A stretch of 60,777 nt of DNA, counting the filler, from Sphacelaria rigidula (Eukaryota), in assembly GCA_964200075.2 (NCBI GenBank). It is 4 parts of 4 records of this genome, joined end to end, with 100 filler letters (N's around TTAATTAATTAA, not from the genome) between each part and the next. Parts side by side here need not be neighbours in the genome. Positions count along the whole stretch, not along the records: positions 45,663 to 60,777 come from CAXNAA020001899.1; 3 more parts are not named here. The stretch is one strand, 5' to 3'. The position numbers and the translations under genes were made by a program. Position 1 is the first letter of the stretch. Every line of letters begins with the position of its first letter. The notes under the pieces are model-generated. The model was given only the letters and a program-made list of their open reading frames with translations, searched no databases and had not been told where the DNA came from. Below are positions 49,272 through 60,777 of the stretch, piece by piece.

Positions 49272-51523
49272 ATGTCGAGGTCCACTAGAGAGGAGGGTCG
49301 CACCGAGCCCCGACGATGGCCCTGGATATTCCGCGCCTTGTGGTCCTGCGCGCCAAGGGCAGGACCAGACGAGCCCCCTCGAACACCTCATGGCAGCACC
49401 ACCGCAAATAGCAGCGGCAATAGTTGCGCGAGTGCTCCTCGAAGAGCCCCGTACCACCTCGAGCTGCGTGTGCCTGACACTGTAATCTTCGAGCGCGGGG
49501 AGCCTCGCAAATGGATTGGGTCCTCCCTGGAAGGTGTCGTCGTCAGAAAGCGATTCCCATCACGTGGCGGCGCCGGCGTCGGTCTCCACCAAGAAGTGGT
49601 AAGTTCTTTGGAGTCCGCGGCTGACCAAACTGGCAGTGGTCGAAGGTCATCGCTGTCGGATGTACGCCGCCGACCTGATCTTGTGGCGAGTGCAGCCCGC
49701 GCGAGGACGAGCACGTCGCCGGGTGCGATGGAAGATTTTCAGGCGCTGGAAAGAATGGACGCCATCCGCGAAGCATTTGTGGCTTTCGCCAAAAATACTG
49801 TGAAACCTGCCACCATAAACACCAACTCACCATCTTCCTCAAACGAGGGCACACCTATTTGCATCGCGTGGTACAACGATGGCACCACGGAACAGTTGTC
49901 GGAGGGATCGCTAGCTAAATTAGGAGGGTACTACAACTGGAGAGCGTCCATCATGGGGCTACAGGCTTATGTGCGCCCTGTTCGGAACGGCGTTGGAGTG
50001 TACAACCGGCGAGATGCCAGTCGAGGATCTAGAGCGAGCTCCTCGAGTAGTGGGGCACAAGACGGTCCAAGAAGATGCGTACCCGACCGTGGCACCAATG
50101 GAATTGATCTCAGTACTAGGCTGGGGTTGTCGTCAGGACATGACCGAGGTACCTCTTGGAAGCACCTCGGCAATAGCTCCCGCATGGTAGGGAAGGCATC
50201 CAACTCGACCCTCGACAGCATGGCCACGAATATAGCGTTCGTAGCCGACCTGTCATACACTTGGCCGTACGGAAAGAAATCCCCAAGCAGCGCTGACACG
50301 GGGAGGTCAAAATCTGGGACCATAAGTATGAGTGTAGACGACCAAAGTACTTCAAATGTCCATCGCACGTCAGGCAGCGGTCGGTCACAATGGTCGGAGC
50401 TATTCGGCGGAGACAAGAGGGGTGGTCGCCCACATTGGCCAAACTCTCGTGTTCGCGTCGCTAACTTAGAAGTGGAGTTTATCGTGGACGAAACGGGCCG
50501 CACATGGTTCACTCATGCCACACGGACCTTGGTTCAAGCGGCTGCGCGGACAGAAGTGAGGGGCACACATCTGGCAGCTCAGCGCAAGTTTCCACGGGAG
50601 GATGCTCGCCTCGCCGCCTCTATCGCCGTCAGGGAGCTGCGCGCCCTAGTAGAGATGGCTAGCAGGCGCGGGCTTACTGCTGAGGAAGCCTTTGAGCACT
50701 TTGATCCGACGCACAGGGGAAGTGCGGGCAAGGCAGAAATACAAAAAGGAATGGCTAATCTCGGTGTGAAGCTTTCAGATGAAGCTGCGATGGAAGTACT
50801 CGAAATGGTAATCGCGTGTACTCATGGTCAAAAAGCTCCGAAAAAGACGGCTCGACGCGCGAGAGAACCGCCGGAAACGAGTACATCTAGTGCTATATCG
50901 AGGGGCACGGTAGCGGGAAATCATGAGCACGGGGCGTTGAAAAGGAATAGTGCCCACGAGACGTCTACAACTGCAGTTAAGTCCATAACTGCGGCGGACT
51001 TGTGGCTTTTGTCATCGAGGCCACAGCAGCGGAAGCTTGACGGGGCACCCGATAAATGGGCTGGTGATTCAGCTCCCGGTGCAGATGTGAGTTTAGAGCA
51101 CAGCCACATGCCCACTGGGAGCAGCAAGGACAATTCAGGAAGGCACGAGGACAACCAGAGGATGCTTTCATCATCGAAAAGGAGAAAGATCAGTAGCGCG
51201 GGGTCGACCCCGTCCCATTCTTGTCCAACGTTTAAGGAACGAGCGCCATCACATCGAGATGCAGGGTCACCTCCGCCGTTGCTGGTAAACATGCCGCAGT
51301 TGTCACATGGCCACCGACGATCAAGCTTTAGCCGTTCGAGAACGAGTCAGGACATTCCTGCGAACAATTGTTCAATCTTCCACTCCATTCGCGAGGGTTC
51401 TCAGCGCGTTAGATGGGACACGCGAAATAGCTCATGTGAAGAGCAGGAGCTGACATCCTTCCCGTGCGCTGATCCTGCCATGGAAGCGGCCTCTGGAAAA
51501 GACCGCGTGTTCCATGTCAATCG
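49272..51523 (+). CDS. First large exon (~750 codons) of the EF-hand/hydrolase-like gene
   Basis: 763-aa ORF in the track. ATG at 49272; the donor CG/GTTAGT in phase 2 matches the acceptor at 52044. Confidence 0.85.
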
Positions 51524-54500
51524 GTTAGTGTGCGAGGAGATAGCAGGAGGTCGTTAGACTCGCCTTGCTCGTGGGGATCGTACGGCAGCTGTTTCTCCGT
51601 ATGATCACGTTGCTGTAATAGGCTGAAGGCGCTGTGCTGCTACATGTCTCCTTTTTCTGATATAATCTAAAGGGCATCTGCGCGTTAAGATGTGGGGCCC
51701 CGTTGATGCGTCACTCCGTCAGGACGATGTTTACAACATCCTCTGTCCACGTCACCCCGAGAAAGATCGAGAGAAGATCATGTCGTGTTGGTATCATGGG
51801 GATGCTGTCGCTGTGCTCTTTTTCTGTCAACAGTTTCGGACGAGTCGTGTGGTGTATTATATCTCTTTGCGCCTGAGGCATTAGAAGCAGGCCTGGAGGC
51901 TTGAAGCGACAAGTGTTGACGGGTGGCAGCATTTCACATGACCTGGAGTCGTATGTGGCATATTCCTTCCTGAACAATCAAGTCGTTGACGAACTCACGC
52001 CTCTTGTCTCTCTGCTTCGGTTTCCCTGTTTCTGGTGCAACAGGGGCTTGGTCGTCGCTTTCCGCATACTACGATTCACCGACCTCTTAAAAAGTAGCCA
52101 AGACATTGCTGATGATACTCTTCGAAATGTGTTCGCAAGATATGCAGCGAGCGGCATTCCAGAGTCTGATATTGCAACGCAGACTATCGATCAGACACCC
52201 CATCCAGCGTTGATGGTCGTTGTACCTGGATTGTTTCAGACGTTGGATACGCTGGAGGCAGCACTGTCCCCTTTGCTCAAGGCACACCGAGGTCTCACTT
52301 TACTTCTGGTGGCACCCCCCGGCCTGCCAAACACACACTGGCCTACGAAGACCATTCTAGGTGACAAGGTGCGTGTTTCAGCACCCCCGGAGGGTGTGCC
52401 TCTATGATGCTTAGCCGGTACAACGTCCACCGGAGTATTCCGCAACGAAGAAAGGATGAAGACTTGACAATGTTCAAAACCGATAGTTTGCTAGTTGCGC
52501 AATACAATACAGTTATGTGAAGTTTATCGGGCGGACACAACTCAGAGTAAAAATAAGTGACGATTCGTTGTCTCCAAGCATCCTGATGTCCATCACCACC
52601 CACAGCTAAACATGATACATGCTTGATAAATCCGAACAGTTGACCGCGTTCTGCGTCAGCCGTTTGCTGGAGCATCTACTAGAGGTCGATACACTGACTT
52701 CTTCTGGTGAACATCTGATGAAGAAAGAAACACGTACGGACAACCCTGTGGATGCGCGATGTAGTTCAGCGACACCGAAGGGTGAGAATGTCGCTGGCGC
52801 TGTACCGTTAGCTGGGAAAGAGCGAGGAGAGCACACACAACTTGCGTCAACAGTCAAGAGCGATGAGGTACACGGTGAATGTGCCGATGAACTCCCAGAA
52901 GATGATACGGACAAGCGATCTGCCTCGAACAATTCATCACCTTCGAGATTTCCAATTATTTTTGTCGGATTTGGGATCGGCGCTGCTGCTCTCCTGTCTT
53001 TAGGCAAGGGTGCGGTACTGCCGGCTCTCGCAAGAGACGATGAATACAGCTGCAGCGGCGGAATACATGCTGGGGGTCGGAAGGAAGATCGCCCACGTCA
53101 TTCCAAGGAGGAGTCGTTTGGATTGTCATCGGCCTTACATCGCAGGGGTCTCCACGCTGGAGGCTTCGTGCTCGTCAACGGGTTTGTCTCACTAGAAGAC
53201 CGCTCCCGCCAGGCAAGAAATCTTGCAGTCCAGCATTTCTGATTGCATCGCTTGAAATTTGGCTCCATGCGTACCTATCCACCTCGACAAAAGAGCATGG
53301 GCATAACAAAAACATAGCACTCTCCTTTCAACTGATGACTTGGGCACTGCGCTTTGCACGAGAAACCAGACGAATAGTGCACCAAATGGGGAAAAAAACA
53401 TGTAACACTAAAAGGGTGCTTGTATCGGCCTCAGTCCGATTCATTTGGCGCTCGAGGAAATTATACTCACCAGGCGTGACAGAACGATTTTTTACGTTCA
53501 CAGGCACCCCCCTCCCGGTCCAGTGCTCGAGCCGCCATTTTCGATTCCAAGCCTACAATATGTACCTGGTATAAAGAATCTTCGTCAGAAACAGATCGTC
53601 ATAATCTCAGCGTTAGGTGCGCCTTACTGCAAGGCAGGTGATCAGTACGCTCAGGCAAGCGTTTTGTCTTCAGAGCGATGGACGCACGCGCGCGGAAGCT
53701 GTTACGTCACTATTGCTCTCGGAACACCACCTGCAGGTGAATCCTTCACAGGTCGACCTGGGGACCCGAAAAACGATGACTGCTGACACTGTAGCAATGT
53801 TAAAACCTAACTGCCCTTCAGAAATGTAGCAGTAGGGCAAGATGGTAAATCCGAGACAAGTGTACTTTACACTCCTGGCTTCATTTGAAAGTTGAGCGTC
53901 TCCTCCTTGGAACCTCCGAAGTTCTGCCCGCAAACCATCGGCCTATCCCGGAGACGTCTGGACACCTTAATTGCATGCTAACATTCACAAGACTTGTTCG
54001 TTTACACACTGCAAACTATCCAAATTACCCATAGTCTCTCTGCTCCACTGCACCAGGCATCGGGAGGAGGATTAGCAGCGGCTGCCAAAACATTCCTGGG
54101 GACAAGAGAGGCCTGGTGTCTAGACGCAGACGTCGCCGCAGCTGAGAGCAAGAAAAAAAGCAGGGAACGTCATCGGGCGGGAAAGTGGTCTCGCGTGGTT
54201 GATATATGGGGGCCGTCTTCCCCCCCGCCGTCACCAAAACGTGAAGAGCTACACGACGGGTCAGGAGTCACCGTAGACTACGTGCTCCAGCAAATTAGAC
54301 GTACGAACGACAGACGGCGAGATAGGCGGAGCCGAGTCTTGCGGCGGCGGCAGCGACGTCGTGCCCGCTGGGAAAATAATAAGATGATCGACCTTCCGTG
54401 GTTTGATGATGCCCAGACACCCAGCGACACCGATCCACGACCGTGTTCGGACGACAGCGAAAACGACACTGCTAAAGATCCGAACTTCGATATAGAGACA

Positions 54501-57500
54501 ACGCAAACTTCGTTGCCAGGTTCGAACGTGGGTTTGGATAAAACGCGAAAACAAGGGGCTAGACTAGCGTTGACTGCAAGCGCGTCACTTCTGTATGGCC
54601 TCAGTCTCCGTGCTTCGGGGGAAACACGCGGTGATGATAATCTCTCTACAGCAGCTGTCACTTCTAGAGGTTGCAACGAGGGAAGTAGAGACGTGTCCTG
54701 GACGTCCTCCGATCAGGATAAGGACAATCGAGACGCAAGCGTGTTTTGGGCTGTGCGGCGCATGGGAGTGCCCGTGGTGATGGTGCAGAGTACGGAAGAT
54801 GCGCTTGTCGGAGAACCGCTTCCCATTTTTTTCCAGAAAAAGGTTTGTCTTACATGTTTTTTGTTACCCAGGGCACTGTTAGGGCGTTTCAGTCGTGCGG
54901 CCAAAATGGACCGAACCATCGCGAATTGGCGTGCGGTCTGCGTAGATTTTCGGCTGTCAAAGCGACACGCCGGATGCTCTGCCTTGCGGGCCCAGATGCA
55001 CGCTTGCCCTGCTTCCGAGAAGTAAGAGCGTAGGCTACATCTTGAAAAACCAAAATGTAATTGAGCTTGAGAAAACGAGACAAGTTCGCAAAAGCAGTCA
55101 CTTCTCCATGAACGCTCTTCTGTGTGCACAAAAGGTCCCACGTGAAGATCTCCTGCAAGCCGAAACGGGAAGCGTGCTGGACTGCCTGAGACCCGTGGCA
55201 GATCTAGCCGTAGATGAAGGAGGAGCCCGCCAACGAGAGTTGGGGGGAAGTGATAAGCAGGTTGATGAGCAGGTGGATGAGCAAGATGTGCATCAAGGTG
55301 TCGATGAAGCTGTGCGACAGGGAGAAACATCACCCGAAGAGGGCAGCAAGCGACAAAAACAAGAGCCGAGCGAACGTAAAGGCTTGGACCGATGCGCGAC
55401 AGGAAACGAATATGCGAAAAAAAGATTTCGCTTACACGCGTGCTGGGCAAAAGCTGGGCACGACATGTTAGAGGAGCGGACGCCGTTCGTGCTTTCCGTT
55501 CTTCACAAGGTACGGTACATATCCCGAAATACGTCAGGGTCGCTCGGTCGCTCGATAAGTGCCCTGGGGTGCTGAGGTGACCGTCATTCTGTACTGTCTT
55601 GACGTGGGTTTTATTAGATACTGTTCGTTGTCGCCGTTATCTTCGTTATTGCGTGGCTGAAACTTCAAGATTACGATGGCGCTTCGTACGCTCAGATACG
55701 GAACGGAGCTACCATCCCATTGCCAGTTAAGAGACACATTGTCCGAGAATGTGATTACTCCGTTCTTTTTTCAATACTCAGCGATCTACGCTCGACGAGT
55801 ACTACGAGTAGCGTTACGGAGCAAGGCACGAGGCTGGGCAGCACCTTCACTGTTTCTTAAATGGATGTTCGACACGCTGAAATGTTTGTTGGTATCTGTC
55901 GTGCCGGTCATCCTCAGGCAATATACGCATGCCATGGAAGAGATTCGCCGCCATCATTCCCATTTCCACCATCTTCTGCGTCGCGTACGGACGCGGGAAA
56001 CAGCAACAATGACGACGGCTTTGGCGCTGACGCCGATACCCCAACATTGGACACGTTTCCTCCAACAAGCGACAGCAAGCAAGGAGGAGCCAATAATGGG
56101 CAGTCGCGTGGTACGGTACAGTCACGTGATACTGGACAGTCGCGTGATACTGGACAGTCGCGTGGCACTGGACAGTCGCGTGTGTCATTACGTAACTGTG
56201 CCGAAGATTTGGGGTCTGGTGAGGTCATGCCCGATTCCACACCGCCGTGTAGCTGGGAGTTTCACGAGACGAGTGAACACAACAGTCAAAGCGTTTCACG
56301 AGGAGACATAGGGTCACCCACAGGCGGCGACAGCTCATCGTGGACATCAGCCGGAACGGGGTCGACAGTTTGGACGGCAGGGGCAGAGGTATGTACAGCA
56401 GGCGGCTTCTGAAGAGCACGCGATGCGCAGTGGGTAGACAATACTAACAAGTTAGACGATCATGCTGTGAGTTATCGAATGTGTCAATCGAATGCATCGT
56501 ACGTGAACTGAAGCGTTTTAGACAAAGCTTTGGGTTTGGTGGGGAGCGTCCGGGCACGGTCGGACATCCCGGTTTCAGAATATCGCAACAACCCCGACGA
56601 TCGCGGTTTCGATAAGTCGGGGTCGCGTAAGATCGAATTTTTGATGATGATGCTGGTGACATTGATGACGTTCATAATACTGATGGTCATGATATCGATG
56701 ACGGTGTTGGTGACAACAAAAGAGAAATAAACTAATGATAACATTGATATTGGTATAATAACAGCACTAACAATAACAATAGTATCAACAGCAACAATAA
56801 AACAGGGATAAATAACAATAGTCGCAGAGATAAGGATGATAATGATAATGATGATGATGGTGGTAGTGATATGACTGTAACAAATACCCCATCTTCAAAA
56901 TCGACTATTTGCACATAAGTTGTCAGGAATTCTCTATTATGTTGGTTTGTTTGTTTGTCGCACATTAACTGATCCCCGAGATATTCAGCCTTGGTCATTA
57001 TCCACGCGATAGACGTACGTATCCGAGTTGAACAAAATGGAAACATCGCTAAACAAGAGTCGAGAAAGGGAGAAGACGAAGAAAGAACGACAAAATAGAG
57101 GCAGTTAGCTGAAAAATACGGGAGAAGAACGAATTACAAAATGAACAGAGAGAAGAAGGAAAAGGAAAGAAAATAAAGTAAGAACACGAATATCGGGCCC
57201 CGATGAAAATGAAGCGAAATGCGCCCGAAACGCTACCGTGTAACATATGCACCAATTCAGAAGTAGACCGAAGAAGCATGAAACGCGCCACGACATGAAG
57301 GAGAAACCTAGAACGCATGCACGCGAAAATGAATCCGCATACGTGTACTGAAGTATGACGAAACGAAGGAGAAAAATAACGCATAAATAACAGTAGTCTA
57401 AACACAGAGAATCAGAACAGTAGCTACAATGATTATACTACACATAAGGAGATAACAACCGTTACAACGAGGAAGGATATGGCGAGGGAGAAGGAGATAA

Positions 57501-59809
57501 CGCGTTCAGGGATGACATCACGCCATGCTGTTCCCGCAAAACAGCAAACGACTAATAATCCCACTTACGTTGAACACGTCAGGTACGCGCACCGAAGTTG
57601 CTAGATTTCTACGATCTTCGCGATTCGAGCGCGCGGAAAAAAATGAACGCTACCAGAAACTACTTGGAAGACTTTCGCGGGCTTGATTCGGAGCAAGCTG
57701 CTCTGGAGAGCGAGCCGGTGTATACTAGGGATCGCATCGAGGCCTTAGATTTGCCGGCGGTTGCGCGCTACGCCTTTCAGGTATATGCTGGTCGTTCGAA
57801 CTTTCCGACCAAAGTCAGCGAGCATTGAGGAGAAGTCTGGGGATTAGTCAGCGTTGTATGGAAGGGATGCATGCCCCCCCGCTTTGTGCGGATAAAACCT
57901 TTCCCGCCGTGCTTTCACCTAGTGAGGCGAGATCTGTCTTCGCTACATGGTGAGCAAACCACGCGTTTGAACAACTCTACCCCGAGAGACAGAGACAGAG
58001 ACAGAGACAGAGACAGAGACAGAGAGAAACCTTTGTGTCCGATCCTTCTTGGTTGATCGATACCCTAGTGGCCAGAGGACCGCGTGTGTGCTTCTGTACT
58101 TTTACGATCTGGACTGCTAGTCATCAGTGTGCCTGCCCTCGTGATATTCCTGGAACACTCTCAGAGCATCAAAGAATGTTGGAGGTGGCGAATGATGGCG
58201 GTAGAAGCCACTCGCGTGGACGTGGACATGTGCAAGAGGCAGACCGAAGTACGGGAACAAGTGCTACAAGCTAGCAGGTGGGCCGTATCCCATTCTAGCA
58301 CAGATTCGAATGTGGAAAGGGGTTTCGTTCCGCAACGCTCACTGGTCAAGAACACTTTATACTCACGAGACATGAGTCCGTGTTGTACCATTCAATCACC
58401 ACGTGACGCCGGTGACAGAGTTTCCGGGTAATGTACGTGCAATTGCTTTCTAGCAGGTTTTGCGGCGAAGCGCTTACTCATCTGTTTCTCCGACAATTCG
58501 CACTGTAGCTGCAATACATGATAGGTAGGGGCACAAGTTTATGGTATCACATCAGAAGAATTTCGCAGGTTGGGTGGAACGATGAATGTTTCCGATTAGA
58601 GGGTTACATATTCCTATAGGTCCGCAAAAGTACAGTCGACCCGCAAGCACTTTATTTTTTCCGTTTTACTCAGGGAATACGAGCCATCTCGTGTGTACCG
58701 TGACCACCTATATCCAAGTACTCATCGTCTTCAACGGTGCATCCACAGAGTAGAGGCTACCGTAACATTATCTATGTACATTCATGTGTGTATGCATGCA
58801 TCCTCGCGCTGCTGTCTATTGATGGAGCAACCCGCAGAATGGTCAGCACCCTGAAGCGAACCCTGCGTTCTAGCGACCAGAGCACAGACGACGAGAACGA
58901 CTTGCTCAAGCTCTTGCCTCAGGACCAGGTAGCGTTACGGACTGAAATCAGGGAAGCCGAAGCACTCAGAGCGACGGCCTACGACGCTTGTCGGAAGCTC
59001 CGCCGGCGTGCGGCGGTGTTCCATGCCCGCGGCGACAGGCTATGCCGGGAGTTGTCGCATGCGACTGACGGGGTGCGTAGAAGGCTCGATACTGAGCAGA
59101 ACGCACTAACAATGGCTCACAAGCAGAGATAAAGACATGGGGTCTTCAGATCCGAACAATACGCACTACAAAAGACACTTTCTATGATAGTCCCCCCCCC
59201 CCCCAATAAAGACATGGGGTCTTCAGATCCGAACAATACGCACTACAAAATACACTTTCTATGATAGTCTCACCCCCCCCAAACCAGCCCAAAAGTGTCA
59301 CAAAAAATATTGTCAGGCAGCGCCTGATGTTTGGGTTCAGGCTGCATGAAGTGCCTCATATGGGCGACATTTGGCGAGAACGAACCCAAGCGTGGGAATT
59401 CCCAGCTGCTCATTGTGCTCGGCTTTTCCCATTCCGATTCATGTGGAGATTTTGCCTCCCCAAACCGGGCACATTTCTGGGGGGGGCTATCGTAGGTGTC
59501 AAAAGCCTTACCTGAAGCATCAGAGCTGGGCTTGGCGTACATGGGAAGGAGCACCGGGACCAACCAGGCGGGGGTTAGATATGGATAATTCTGGACTAAG
59601 GACAGTTGCAAGTAGATGGCTTGTGGGGATTTTGCTCGTGAGTTACCCATGATTGACGTTGTAACTCTTGATCGACATGGAGATCCCTCTCTTGCACTTA
59701 TTTTTACTGCGCACAGGTGCGGCAGACGGTTGAAGCGCTGGAGCGCATTATGGGGCAACTGAGAAGGCAATTCGTACTCATGAGAGTCCAGCAGCGCGTG
59801 TATCAACAG
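49272..59809 (+). CDS. Large multi-exon protein: EF-hand-like motif, dispersed alpha/beta-hydrolase-like fold, C-terminal coiled coil (3' end beyond the last identified exon)
   Basis: Phase-compatible exons: 49272-51523, 52044-52368, 52640-53212 (putative GC donor), 54057-54842, 55135-55509, 55918-56388, 57583-57780, 58165-58277, 58838 to ~58928 or ~59126 (donor unclear), and 59717-59809. Motifs: EAFEHFDPTHRGSAGKAEI, VVVPGLF, LLVAPPG, FVGFGIGA, VVMVQSTEDALV, AGHDMLEE. Confidence 0.8.
56101..56181 (+). repeat. Coding 18-bp tandem repeat (QSR[G/D]T[G/V] x4)
   Basis: cagtcgcgtgatactgga-like units within exon 55918-56388. Confidence 0.85.
57984..58026. repeat. (GAGACA)n microsatellite
   Basis: About six tandem copies in an intron. 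Confidence 0.9.
59251..59500. mobile_element. MITE, GACAC family copy 3 (inverted orientation, TSD aaaa)
   Basis: Reverse-orientation homolog of 3910-4156, with aaaa on both flanks. The left end plus flank is duplicated in tandem (about 59129-59205 and 59207-59280). Confidence 0.85.
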
Positions 59810-60699
59810 GTGAGGACCAGCCCTTCCTAGCAAAGACAATCAGTTGCTAGCGAAATCCGGAGGTTTTCCCCCTTCTTATCCCCCTGTTGCTTCGTCTCGG
59901 AAGGGGTGCGTGGTCAATGGTCAAACGACTAAGGCGAGCAACAAATGAGTACGCTCTGTAGCTCTGAGCATACGCTAATTTCAGTGTTTTGGTCAGACGT
60001 GTTCATCTCTCTACACGGAACAGGTAGAGCGAACGCTGAATATTTGACGCGAGGACTCAAGTGATGAGGACGCTACTTCCAAAGTTTCATTACTTTGGCC
60101 CACGACGTGGCTGCTCGACATGACCCTTCGGGACGACCGCGTGCACTATCCGTATTGACAGATAGGGAGCGAAAATCGGGTGCTTGTCATAGAGAGCTCC
60201 ATTAAAGCAGTAGCACAGCATTTGCCCCTTTTCTCTAGTTCCGGCGCACTTCGTCTTCTTTTTTCGTTTTAGACTCATAGATTCATACAATTCACTGTAC
60301 GCAGACACCACAAGCTGAAGGTCAACGCTAGTGTAGTTCTCCCTCTCCATGGGCATGGGGAGCAGGTTATGTACCGGAATCAAAGGCTCTAAAAGAACAG
60401 GATACATAGCGTCTTGAGCGGGACGCGGGTGCATATATCCCTCTGTTTACATGCAAGGGGGGAGCGGGGCGAGGGGGAAGAGCGTGCGACGTTGGAAGCT
60501 TCACGCTTGTTCGTAAGTACGAAGCTGTCCCGATTTATTAGTACGCTACATATCTGACTAACTAATGCCCACGAGGAACGTCTCTGAACCCGGGCAATTT
60601 TTTCTGCGCGTATTTCCTACTTCTCACCGGTTTTCGTGGCGTCTCTCTTCTTATTTTATTATTGGTAATGTGTCTTGCAAGCAATAGCAGGAAACGGTA

Positions 60700-60777
60700 T
60701 TGGAAAGGCGAGCCTACGTCTGTGACCACGGGTTCGCGAGATCGGACTAATGTGCGGAAATAATAATAAATAATAAT
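60700..60777 (+). mobile_element. RTE-like 3' tail with (AAT)n
   Basis: tacgtctgtgaccacggg resembles the LINE 3' UTR motif tacgtctatcatgtgaccacgg at 11688, and is followed by aataataat repeats. Confidence 0.45.

Noticed and set aside
56990-57420. Purine-rich stretch that looks like a charged coiled-coil exon
   Set aside because: The frames I checked contain stops and have no compatible splice sites, so it is low-complexity intron sequence.

Overview
This is eukaryotic, intron-rich, repeat-dense DNA with assembly gaps. The exon structure, TTAGGG repeats and transposon types suggest a brown alga (Ectocarpales-like); that assignment is an inference. Host genes: (i) a + strand gene at about 16457-22044 with seven exons, each encoding one ~56-aa beta-propeller-like repeat, five of them symmetric phase 0-0; (ii) a large + strand multi-exon gene from 49272 to beyond 59809 with an EF-hand-like motif, a dispersed alpha/beta-hydrolase-like fold lacking the nucleophile Ser, and a coiled coil; (iii) two compatible - strand exons at 6098-6262 and 3634-3731. 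The rest is mostly mobile DNA: a near full-length degenerate RTE-type LINE whose N-terminus carries two PAM2-like motifs, a degenerate Ty3/Gypsy element plus a second integrase relic, tRNA-derived SINE heads, LINE 3' tails, and many nested non-autonomous TIR elements with TA, AAT, TAA, 4-bp, 5-bp and 8-bp target-site duplications. One of these is a 190-bp TGT...ACA element built from a tRNA-like Pol III head, and another encloses telomeric repeats. All calls come from reading the sequence by eye; no searches were run.
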